From: Candidatus Omnitrophota bacterium
Lineage (GTDB): Bacteria > Omnitrophota > Gorgyraeia > JAZDFF01
Assembly: GCA_043808095.1 (NCBI GenBank)
Contig: JAZDFF010000035.1
Location: 1-57,204 of the forward strand
Length of the DNA stretch: 57,204 nucleotides
Direction: 5' to 3'
Of this stretch, positions 1-8,279 are shown one piece after another; the first letter of the stretch is position 1; each line of letters begins with the position of its first letter. The notes below the pieces were generated by a model that made no database searches, was not told where the DNA came from, and was given only the letters and a program-made list of their open reading frames with translations. Made by a program: the position numbers and the translations under genes.

Positions 1-315
1 GAGCCTTCTTCTGCCATCAAGGCGCGCGTCAATAAAGCAAGGGCGATTCAGGGAAAGAGATTTTCCGGGATGAAGATATTTTCTAACAGCCAGATGGCCC
101 ATAAAGAGATAAGAAAATTCTGCACCTTGACTAAGGAGGCAGAGGGGCTCCTTAAGATGGCTATAAACGAACTGGGGTTTTCCGCGCGGGCCTATGATAA
201 GATTTTAAAGGCAAGCCGCACCATTGCAGACCTGGCGGGTTCAGAAGAAATCCTCGTAGAATACGTCTCTGAGGCGATTCAATACAGGAGTCTGGATAGA
301 CAGCTGTGGGGATAG
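1..315 (+). CDS. comM: YifB/ComM Mg-chelatase-like AAA+ ATPase, C-terminal part (5' end outside window)
   Basis: Frame open from base 1 (EPSSAIKARVNKARAIQ...); typical C-terminus LGFSARAYDKILKASRTIADL...EAIQYRSLD. Confidence 0.9.
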   Translation, partial: EPSSAIKARVNKARAIQGKRFSGMKIFSNSQMAHKEIRKFCTLTKEAEGLLKMAINELGFSARAYDKILKASRTIADLAGSEEILVEYVSEAIQYRSLDRQLWG

Positions 316-350
316 GTTGGTATGGAGGTTAATGGCTTCGGAGCCAGGAA

Positions 351-593
351 TTACCTTAACATTAACCGGTAGTATTTATTTATGGAACGCAGGGAATCAA
401 CCATCATAACTACCAATAAATAGGTTAAGATAGCTATGATTACGCTGATAATTATCTTTTTTCGCGGGCTAAAATGAGGGTTACACCAGACCAGCGGTAA
501 CATAAACGGCCCCACACACAAAAATGCGATAATCAGGGTCGGGGTCCTAAAATACCATTTACCTTTTGGTTTATTATCTAAGACGTCCTGCAT
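351..593 (-). CDS. Small membrane protein (2 TM)
   Basis: 80 aa ORF with hydrophobic segments; KWYFR...PLVW...FS..KII motif. Confidence 0.7.
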   Translation of the reverse strand: MQDVLDNKPKGKWYFRTPTLIIAFLCVGPFMLPLVWCNPHFSPRKKIIISVIIAILTYLLVVMMVDSLRSINKYYRLMLR

Positions 594-643
594 CAGGCTA
601 TAACTTCGTCCTTTCTTAAACCCCTTCGATCGAGGGATTAAAA

Positions 644-1201
644 TTATTTTATATTTTGTTTATCCTTATTTTTGATTTTGAGGCTGCCTGGTTTTTGCCC
701 GGATTTATTTTCTGCCTGTTCCTCTTTTTCAGAGTCATTCTTTATATATTTATTTAATGCATCCTGCAATGCCCTTATCCTGGCTTCCTCTTTCTGCTCT
801 GCTATAGCTTCCAGATTATCTATTTTTTCTCTGTATTTTGGGTCTTTTTCATATTTGTTATAAGAGATTGCCACAAACGGCATCTTAAAAACTCCGATAA
901 TCATATTACCCCAGAGTTTAAAATAATCCACAAAATACATCTTAAAAGGGCTGTCAATATAGCCCATCTTCCCGTAATAATATTTAACCATGCCTTTACG
1001 CCGGTTAAAACGTTGTTTTGCTAAATCCAGGTCTTTGGGCGCCTGTTGGTCTTGATCAACGGTGTATTCGGGGATTAAGCGCTCATTTCTTTTCATACAA
1101 TAGCCGCCGCCATAAGATTTGGCAGAACTTTCAAACTTATAAGTTGCACAGCCAATCTGCATAAAAACCATAATAAATATCAGTCCTGAATATTTTTTCA
1201 T
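644..1201 (-). CDS. Hypothetical lipoprotein
   Basis: Start moved to ATG 1201 (MKKYSG, hydrophobic stretch, IG-C lipobox); GAGG upstream. Confidence 0.65.
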   Translation of the reverse strand: MKKYSGLIFIMVFMQIGCATYKFESSAKSYGGGYCMKRNERLIPEYTVDQDQQAPKDLDLAKQRFNRRKGMVKYYYGKMGYIDSPFKMYFVDYFKLWGNMIIGVFKMPFVAISYNKYEKDPKYREKIDNLEAIAEQKEEARIRALQDALNKYIKNDSEKEEQAENKSGQKPGSLKIKNKDKQNIK

Positions 1202-1214
1202 AACGAGCCTCGTT

Positions 1215-1580
1215 TCACGGGTTATTGGCAAGTTCCGTTTTTGTCTTTTCATGCCTTTCTTGCCTGCCGATGTTAGCGAAAAATTCCTGAAGCCTCATTT
1301 TAATGAATAAATTGTGCAGCCAGCTTTCTTCTGCCGATCCCTGTAATTTTAAATTATCCTTAAAATCTTCAAGGCGCGCATCTATCTTGTTAACGGCCGA
1401 GGTATAGTTTTGCGGGCCCATTTTTACATTCGCTTTGACAGAATTATTGCCGAAGAGCTTCGGAGTAATCTTTGAATTAACAATCCCCCCTATTATAAGC
1501 AAAATTAAACCCGTAACCAGAAAAGAAACCTGAAGTATCGTAAATCTTTTTTTTATTTTATTGAAGTCCCTGGCTAACAT
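1215..1580 (-). CDS. Hypothetical single-TM protein
   Basis: 121 aa ORF with N-terminal TM, tightly packed in operon. Confidence 0.55.
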   Translation of the reverse strand: MLARDFNKIKKRFTILQVSFLVTGLILLIIGGIVNSKITPKLFGNNSVKANVKMGPQNYTSAVNKIDARLEDFKDNLKLQGSAEESWLHNLFIKMRLQEFFANIGRQERHEKTKTELANNP

Positions 1581-1589
1581 TTGTTCATT

Positions 1590-1853
1590 TCATTCAATAA
1601 ATTTATTAACCGTAAAACTTATTAAAAAACCTATTGCCCAGAAGATAAAAATTATCAATGCAAATTTTAACCAGTAGTTCTCAGCCGTCAAATTATTATA
1701 GAATAAATAACCGGGCAGCCATTTAAGCCAGCTTTCTATTGCCAGGTCCGAGGCCTTGGCAAGATACGGCTTGATAACGACGAGCAAACAAAGAAAAAAC
1801 CTAAAGACCGCGAAAAATATCCAGCCTATAAGTATATAGGATAAATGCCTCAT
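1590..1853 (-). CDS. Hypothetical membrane protein
   Basis: 87 aa, two hydrophobic helices, operon spacing. Confidence 0.55.
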   Translation of the reverse strand: MRHLSYILIGWIFFAVFRFFLCLLVVIKPYLAKASDLAIESWLKWLPGYLFYNNLTAENYWLKFALIIFIFWAIGFLISFTVNKFIE

Positions 1854-1857
1854 GGAA

Positions 1858-2199
1858 TTATTGGACTTCTGATAAAACTGAGATAGAAGTAGCCATCCGG
1901 TTACCGTCTTTATCCTTATTATAACTGAGAAAAATTTTATAACCGACTTTAAGGTCAGCGAGTTTTAAAACCGCGTCATCTTTTTTAATTCCCGTTGAAT
2001 CATCGATTTTAATGGTTTTATAATACCTTCTGTCCTGGCCGACAAAATGCTCTATCTCGATACTAGAATCTGCTTGATTAACAGAGATGATTTTTGCCTT
2101 AAAATCATAGAACTCATCTTCTGATATAGCAACTGCGGTATGAAAAAACAAAGACGAAAGAAATACAATAACGATACCGAGTTTTAAAATTTTTTGCAT
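1858..2199 (-). CDS. Secreted small beta-barrel (OB-fold-like) protein
   Basis: Signal peptide (AVA), T.I.KD...LKLADLKVG..I.LSY pattern, AGGAG RBS. Confidence 0.65.
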   Translation of the reverse strand: MQKILKLGIVIVFLSSLFFHTAVAISEDEFYDFKAKIISVNQADSSIEIEHFVGQDRRYYKTIKIDDSTGIKKDDAVLKLADLKVGYKIFLSYNKDKDGNRMATSISVLSEVQ

Positions 2200-2215
2200 T
2201 TGGTCTCCTTTTTAA

Positions 2216-2803
2216 CTAAAATTTTCGGGATAAGACCTTAAACAGGATAATTACTGTTACAGTAAAAATAACGGCTAAAAACCTGATCCAATTTTTTAAA
2301 AGGTTGAGTTTTATCTCGATTGAGTGCATATGCCCGGACGGATTAGAAATTTCTCTCTTAGGAAAGGTTAAAATAAAATACATCCTTGCCACAACGGCTA
2401 GACTGGAAAGTGCGATAAAACAAAGAAAGGTCTTTTTGTCAAAGGCCAAAGCCACGATTATTGCTAAAACGATAACAAGGCCCATAATAAATCTATCCTT
2501 GACATAAGGCTTGTGGGGTAAAAAAAATTCCTGAAATTTTTTAACCGCCTTGAATCTTCTTGATAATAATTTTAAGATGGGAAAGTAAAGCGCAAGGCAT
2601 AGAGGTAGAAAGATAATTAAAAGGATGTATTCAGTGGTAATCAGGTATTCTGGGATGTTGCCTGCGCTGTTTGATTCTAAGGTCATCCTTAATAATCCCC
2701 ACCACAGGATAACAGGCGTGGATAAAAGTCCTACGGAAAGAATCAGTAATATTATTAAATTTAATCCGATTAAATAAACCTTTTTATAATAATCAAGCTG
2801 CAT
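2216..2803 (-). CDS. Hypothetical polytopic membrane protein
   Basis: 195 aa with about 5 hydrophobic segments, follows folE by 4 nt. Confidence 0.6.
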   Translation of the reverse strand: MQLDYYKKVYLIGLNLIILLILSVGLLSTPVILWWGLLRMTLESNSAGNIPEYLITTEYILLIIFLPLCLALYFPILKLLSRRFKAVKKFQEFFLPHKPYVKDRFIMGLVIVLAIIVALAFDKKTFLCFIALSSLAVVARMYFILTFPKREISNPSGHMHSIEIKLNLLKNWIRFLAVIFTVTVIILFKVLSRKF

Positions 2804-2807
2804 AATC

Positions 2808-3365
2808 TTAGGTCTTGATTAGCGCCAGGGTCTCGGCGCGCGTCTTCTCATTCTCTTTAAAAATTCCCCTTACTGCACTGGTCACGGTTAAGACACCTGG
2901 TTTCTTTACTCCTCTCATTGACATGCAAAGGTGCTCCGCCTCAATCACAACCATTACACCTAAAGGTTTGAGTTTCTTCATAATAATCTCGGCAATCTGA
3001 GTGGTGAGGCGTTCTTGAACCTGAGGCCTCTTGGATAATATATCTACTACCCTGGCCAACTTACTCAAACCTGTGACCCGACCGCCCTTAGGAATATAAG
3101 CAATGTGGGCCTTACCAATAAATGGAAGCAGATGGTGCTCACAGATCGAATAGAGGGGAATCCCTTTTAAAAGCACAATCTCGTTGTGTTTCTGTTCCAA
3201 AACTACTTCCAGCGCCTCTTTAGGGTCTTGCCTGATGCCAGAAAAAATCTCTTCATACATATCCGCAACCCGGGAGGGAGTCTCCTCTAAATCTTTTCTC
3301 TTGGGATTTTCTCCGATTGCCTCTAAGATTTCCCTAACTGCCTTTTCAATCTTTTTCTTATCCAC
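2808..3365 (-). CDS. folE: GTP cyclohydrolase I
   Basis: [30 protein letters not shown] motifs; start moved to GTG 3365 with GGAG 6 nt upstream (the ORF-track ATG 3386 lies inside a repeat). Confidence 0.96.
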   Translation of the reverse strand: MDKKKIEKAVREILEAIGENPKRKDLEETPSRVADMYEEIFSGIRQDPKEALEVVLEQKHNEIVLLKGIPLYSICEHHLLPFIGKAHIAYIPKGGRVTGLSKLARVVDILSKRPQVQERLTTQIAEIIMKKLKPLGVMVVIEAEHLCMSMRGVKKPGVLTVTSAVRGIFKENEKTRAETLALIKT

Positions 3366-3375
3366 TTTTTTCTCC

Positions 3376-3522
3376 AAAGAGCACATAACTTATGGAACCT
3401 TTGATTAACTGAAGCGACGTAAGTTATATGTGCGAATTGGACCCTTGACATCGAAGATGTCAAGAGGTAAATTCGTGCAAACAATTTACGTTCACTATCG
3501 TTCCATAAATTGTGCACTCATT
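3376..3522. repeat. Multi-stem palindromic element, AATGAG/CTCATT family, copy 1
   Basis: Shares blocks GCGAATTG, cttgacat...atgtcaag, TAAATTCG, cactatcgttcc(a/g)taaattgtg with 24249-24547 and 34449-34672. Confidence 0.75.
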
Positions 3523-4973
3523 TACTTCCCAATGCAAAACTCCCCAAAAATTCTATCTAATATATCTTCGCTAGTCGTCTCGCCGGTTATCTCGCCTAAG
3601 GAGTCGAGTGAGCCTTTAAGGCAATAAGCAATCAGTTCTAAAGACTGCCTATTTTTGATCAAGTCTGCCGCTTCCTGTAAGTCCAAAAGCGCCCTTTTTA
3701 AGGCATCAATGTGCCGCGCGTTAGAAACCAGGGCCTCATCAGTAGCTATTATATCACCTTGCCAGATTTTTTTAAGTATTTGTTTTCTTAAATTATCCAG
3801 GCCTTTTCTTTCTAGAATAGATACACGCACTACCTGTTTAAATATCTCCCTTATTTTTTCGGGGTTGATTTTTTGCGTAAGGTCAATCTTATTAATCAGG
3901 GGGATAGTCTGTTTGTCCTTGGTCCTTTCTATAAGAAGGTAATCATCTTTAGATAATCTTTGGCTACCATCGAACAATAAAAGGACTAGGTCCGCCTCAT
4001 TTAATGATTTCTGGCTTTTTTGCACTGCCTTTTTCTCGATTAAATCCCGAGGCTCAAGAACGCCGGCAGTATCAGTTATCTTTAAAGGCACGCCTTCTAA
4101 GTTTATGACCTCTTCAATCACATCGCGGGTAGTCCCGGCGATAGGCGTTACAATGGCCCTGTCTTCTCCTAAAAGGGCATTTAAAAGCGAGGACTTACCG
4201 ACATTGGGTTTTCCGCAGATGACCGCGCTTATCCCCTCACGAAGGATCTTGCCTTGTTGGCCAGAGTCAATCAGGCCAGTTAATAATTTTTCCTTTTTTT
4301 CTATTTGCTTTAATATTTTTTGCCTTGGAAAGGATTCAATATCCTCATCGGGAAAATCTATTAGGGCCTCGAGGCGGGAAAGTATATAAAGGACCTCCTC
4401 TTTAGCCTCTTTTATTTTAAAGGATAAGGCGCCGCTTAGTTGATTGTAACCCACTTTCAAAGAGGCCTCGGTCTTGGCGCGGATAATATCTAAGACCGAC
4501 TCTGCCTGAACCAGGTCAATCCGGCCATTTAGAAATGCCCTCTTGGTAAATTCACCCGGTTCGGCAAGGCGCGCGCCATGGCCTAATACCAACTCCAGAA
4601 TCTTTCTTAAAGGAACGATCCCGCTGTGACAATTTATCTCTACAATATCCTCTTTGGTATAGCTCTTGGGCGAGCGCATTATTGTCAAAATAACCTCATC
4701 AATAATATCAGTCGATGGTCGATGGTCTATAGTCCGTCGTTTTTTATTTTTTTTCTGGTTTCTGTACTCTGGTTTCTGGTTTCTATCAATAATCCTTCCA
4801 TAATGCGTGGTATAGGTCTTAAACTCTGAAGGCCTGTTTCCGTTTCTGCCCACAAAAATTTCATCGGCAATCGCCAGGCTTTTTTTACCGCTGAGTCTCA
4901 CTATCCCAATACCCGCCTGTCCAATAGGGGTTGAAATCGCGGCAATAGTATCGTTTAAATCAATTTTTTTCAT
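3522..4973 (-). CDS. mnmE: tRNA modification GTPase MnmE (TrmE)
   Basis: DTIAAISTP, GEFTKRAFLNG, GKPNVGKSS, GTTRD, DTAG, NKID, C-terminal FCIGK. Confidence 0.97.
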   Translation of the reverse strand: MKKIDLNDTIAAISTPIGQAGIGIVRLSGKKSLAIADEIFVGRNGNRPSEFKTYTTHYGRIIDRNQKPEYRNQKKNKKRRTIDHRPSTDIIDEVILTIMRSPKSYTKEDIVEINCHSGIVPLRKILELVLGHGARLAEPGEFTKRAFLNGRIDLVQAESVLDIIRAKTEASLKVGYNQLSGALSFKIKEAKEEVLYILSRLEALIDFPDEDIESFPRQKILKQIEKKEKLLTGLIDSGQQGKILREGISAVICGKPNVGKSSLLNALLGEDRAIVTPIAGTTRDVIEEVINLEGVPLKITDTAGVLEPRDLIEKKAVQKSQKSLNEADLVLLLFDGSQRLSKDDYLLIERTKDKQTIPLINKIDLTQKINPEKIREIFKQVVRVSILERKGLDNLRKQILKKIWQGDIIATDEALVSNARHIDALKRALLDLQEAADLIKNRQSLELIAYCLKGSLDSLGEITGETTSEDILDRIFGEFCIGK

Positions 4974-6396
4974 TTCTAAATTCTCCTACCACAAATAATG
5001 ACCCGGTAACTAAAATCAAACCTTCTTTTTGCACAATCTCCCGGGCCTTGATTTTAGCCTCTTTTACAGTACTGGTTATAAAAACCTCTTTTCCTTTAAA
5101 ATATTGGGCCAAGTCACAAGGTGCACTTGCCCGAGGATTGTCCGCCTGAGTCAAAATCACTTTATCTGCCAAATCATAAAGCTCTTTACATATCCCTTCT
5201 ATATCTTTGTCATTGGAAATGCCTAAAACTAGAATTAGTTTTTTATATCCTCTGCCTCTGGCAGATCCGCCTTCGGCGGAAAAATTATCCCTGATTGCTT
5301 TTTTTAATACGGAGCTAGAGGCAATATTCTGTGCGCCGTCTAAAATGACTAAGGGGTCTTTTGAAATAACCTCGCATCTGGCCGGCCAGACAGTATTATA
5401 AAGTCCAGCTCTTATAAAATCAATGCCTACCTTAATATTGTGGCGCCTTAATGCCTCGATGACGGAAGCGGCTACTGTTGCATTAATAATTTGATGCTCG
5501 CCTAAGAGCCTTATTTTTAAATCTTTATATTCACCCATAATGCCTTTTACATTAAACCCTTCTTTTTTCTTCTGATAAGTTATATCTGTGCCTACCTCAT
5601 ATAATTTTGCACCAATCTCCTGACACTTATTTCTAATTACTTCAGCTACATCCTTTTCTTGAGGCGCGCTTATCACAATTGCCTGATATCCTGATATCCT
5701 GCGACCGAAGGGAGTCCCGAGTCCCTCGACTTCGCTCGGGATAAACTCCGTCGAGGGAGAACCTTTTATTATCCCTGCTTTCTCCGTCGCAATCTCTCTT
5801 AGAGTATTGCCTAATTTTTGGGTATGCTCATAACTTATAGGAGTGATGGCCGAGATCAAAGGATAAACTACATTAGTAGCATCGAGCCTTCCGCCTAAAC
5901 CAGTCTCTAAAACCACAAGGTCAACCTTTTTTTCTTTAAAATAAATGAAGGCTAAAGACGTATAGACCTCAAAAAAAGAAAGCGGTCCGTATTGAGAAGT
6001 TTTATTATAGGTTTCGATCTTAGGTCTTAGTCTTTCGACCAAATCCGCTAATTCGCCTTCAGAAATCATCCCTTCAAAATCTAATCTGGAATCTGGCATC
6101 TGGAATCTAGGATCTAAAATTCTAATCCTCTCCCTAAAATCCGCTAAATGCGGCGAGGTATAAAGACCGGTTTTATAGCCTGCCTCTCTTAGAATATAGG
6201 CGCAGAAAGCGCATGTTGAACCTTTGCCTTTGGTACCGGCGATATGTATACAGCGTAAATTATCTTGAGGATTATCTAATCTGGCCAAGAAACCCATGAT
6301 ACGCTCTAATTTCAAAGACTCCTCGTAAGACCAGGCAGGGATATTTTCGTAGTTAATGAAGGATTCTAAATATTGGATTACTTCTGGGTAGGCCAT
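4960..6396 (-). CDS. folC: Folylpolyglutamate synthase/dihydrofolate synthase
   Basis: HIAGTKGKGST, YTSPHL, ETGLGGRLDATN, EKAGIIK, TGSLF; start moved to ATG 6396 (upstream extension is repeat sequence). Confidence 0.95.
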   Translation of the reverse strand: MAYPEVIQYLESFINYENIPAWSYEESLKLERIMGFLARLDNPQDNLRCIHIAGTKGKGSTCAFCAYILREAGYKTGLYTSPHLADFRERIRILDPRFQMPDSRLDFEGMISEGELADLVERLRPKIETYNKTSQYGPLSFFEVYTSLAFIYFKEKKVDLVVLETGLGGRLDATNVVYPLISAITPISYEHTQKLGNTLREIATEKAGIIKGSPSTEFIPSEVEGLGTPFGRRISGYQAIVISAPQEKDVAEVIRNKCQEIGAKLYEVGTDITYQKKKEGFNVKGIMGEYKDLKIRLLGEHQIINATVAASVIEALRRHNIKVGIDFIRAGLYNTVWPARCEVISKDPLVILDGAQNIASSSVLKKAIRDNFSAEGGSARGRGYKKLILVLGISNDKDIEGICKELYDLADKVILTQADNPRASAPCDLAQYFKGKEVFITSTVKEAKIKAREIVQKEGLILVTGSLFVVGEFRNEKN

Positions 6397-6402
6397 TATT
6401 TT

Positions 6403-6475
6403 TACACCGCAAAGGCGCAAAAGTCCGCAAAGGCGCAAAATTTTATAATCAAATTCTTTGCGTTTTTGCGGCAAT
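6403..6475. repeat. Inverted array of degenerate ~9-nt CGCAAA repeats
   Basis: acaccgcaaaggcgcaaaagtccgcaaaggcgcaaaa...ctttgcgtttttgcgg; homologs at 20668-20790 and 25207-25472. Confidence 0.7.
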
Positions 6476-6550
6476 TTTGTGCCCGCCTTCGTTGAAACTT
6501 CGGCGGGCTGTTCTTCGAAGCTCTAGCGAAGGAAAACGGTTTAGTGGTAT

Positions 6551-8092
6551 TTAATGCCTGAAATGCCTCATCCCGGTGAGGACCATAACAATGCCGGCTT
6601 TCTGCGCAACTTTTATAATCTCGCCGTCGGCGATTGAACCGCCTGGATGAATTATAGCTTTTACCCCAGCCTTAATTGCCATCACAACCGCGTCTTCTTT
6701 GGGGAAAAATGCGTCTGAGGCTAAACAAGAACCTTTTACTTTACTGCCTGCTTTTTTTACGGCAATATGAACGCTGTCTACGCGGCTCATTTGGCCGGCA
6801 CCGATTCCTACGGTAGTGCTGCCTTTAGTTAGAATTATGGCGTTGGATTTAGTATGTTTTGCCGCCTTCCAGGCCAACAACAAATCCTGCCATTGTTTTT
6901 TGGTAGGCTTTTTATCTGTAACTATCTTTATATCCTCTTCTTTAAAATCCTGGATATTTTTATCCTGAACGAGCATACCTCCGGAAACTTTCTTGTAATC
7001 AAGCTCCGCGATTTTTGTCGTATCGGTCATCAGCATGACCCGCACATTTTTTTTCTGTCTAAATAACTTAAGCGCGCCTTTATCGAAACCAGGGGCGATG
7101 ATACATTCGATAAAACCCATCTTTGAGACTGCCCTTGCCGTGATGAGATTGACTTTGCGATTTAGGGCAATAATCCCGCCAAATGCAGATAATTTATCGC
7201 AGGCCCAGGCCTCTTTAAAGGCCTTATCCACGGTCTTGGCCACTGCCACGCCGCAAGGGTTATTGTGTTTTAGAATGACGCAGGCGGGTTCATTAAATTC
7301 AATAACTAATTCCCAGGCGCTATTTAAATCCAGGATATTATTAAAAGACAATTCCTTGCCCTGAAGCTGCTTAGCCCCTGAAATCCCCGGCGTCTTACTT
7401 AATATATCTTTATAAAATGCTGCCTTCTGGTGGGGATTTTCTCCGTAACGCAAATCCTGAACCTTCTCAAGATCCACCCTTAACATCAAGGGGTATCCGC
7501 TGACTTTTCCTTTTAGATATTCATAGATAATGCTGTCGTAGCGGGAGGTAAGTTTAAATGTCTCTACAGCTAAATTTTTTAGTATTGAATCGGGCAATAT
7601 GCAGGCATTGCGGGTTAATTCCTCTAATATCTCTTTATATTTTATAGGATTAGAGACCGGGGCAACAAATCTAAAATTTTTGGCGGCCGAGCGCAGCATC
7701 GAAGGCCCGCCAATATCAATATTCTCAATCGCCTCTTCCAAGGCGACATCGGGTTTTGCGATTGTCTTCTCGAAAGGATAGAGATTAACCACGACCATAT
7801 CAATCAAACCAATGCCATGGTCTTTTAAACTCTTAAGGTGCTTGGGATTGTCCCTGACCGCCAGAAGTCCTCCGTGGATCTTGGGATGCAAGGTCTTAAC
7901 CCTTCCGTCAAGCATCTCGGGAAATTCTGTATAACTTGAAACTTCAACCACAGGTATACCTGATTCTTTTAATAAAGAGGCGGTGCCGCCGGTTGAAATA
8001 ATCCCAATGCCCAGCCGATGGAGCCCCTTGGCAAATTCAACAATTCCTGTTTTATCTGATACGCTGATTAGTGCCCTTTTTATTCTTACCAT
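6551..8092 (-). CDS. purH: Bifunctional AICAR transformylase/IMP cyclohydrolase
   Basis: ALISVSDKTG, GRVKTLHP, IDIGGP, LRYGENPHQ, KHNNPCG, ASDAFFP, RHFRH. Confidence 0.98.
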   Translation of the reverse strand: MVRIKRALISVSDKTGIVEFAKGLHRLGIGIISTGGTASLLKESGIPVVEVSSYTEFPEMLDGRVKTLHPKIHGGLLAVRDNPKHLKSLKDHGIGLIDMVVVNLYPFEKTIAKPDVALEEAIENIDIGGPSMLRSAAKNFRFVAPVSNPIKYKEILEELTRNACILPDSILKNLAVETFKLTSRYDSIIYEYLKGKVSGYPLMLRVDLEKVQDLRYGENPHQKAAFYKDILSKTPGISGAKQLQGKELSFNNILDLNSAWELVIEFNEPACVILKHNNPCGVAVAKTVDKAFKEAWACDKLSAFGGIIALNRKVNLITARAVSKMGFIECIIAPGFDKGALKLFRQKKNVRVMLMTDTTKIAELDYKKVSGGMLVQDKNIQDFKEEDIKIVTDKKPTKKQWQDLLLAWKAAKHTKSNAIILTKGSTTVGIGAGQMSRVDSVHIAVKKAGSKVKGSCLASDAFFPKEDAVVMAIKAGVKAIIHPGGSIADGEIIKVAQKAGIVMVLTGMRHFRH

Positions 8093-8125
8093 ATTAATAC
8101 CTCCTTAATCGCTTCCCGCTCAGGA

Positions 8126-8256
8126 GCGGGATCCCGCCGTCTCGGAAAACACAGAGCGGGAAAACCGCAAAATCACTTTATCAAATATTTACACCGCTAA
8201 ACCGCCATAGCGGGATCCCGCCTTTTTGTAAATACAGAGCGGGAAAACCGCAAAAT
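8126..8256. repeat. Two copies of GCGGGATCCCGC-[variable]-GCGGGAAAACCGCAAAAT unit
   Basis: Direct repeats at ~8126 and ~8209; a third copy at ~25262. Confidence 0.7.
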
Positions 8257-8279
8257 TTATTTTTGCGCGCAGCCTAATG

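Noticed and set aside
8093-8279. ZTP (pfl) riboswitch upstream of purH
   Set aside because: Consensus blocks not found on the - strand; region explained by GCGGGATCCCGC repeats also present at unrelated loci
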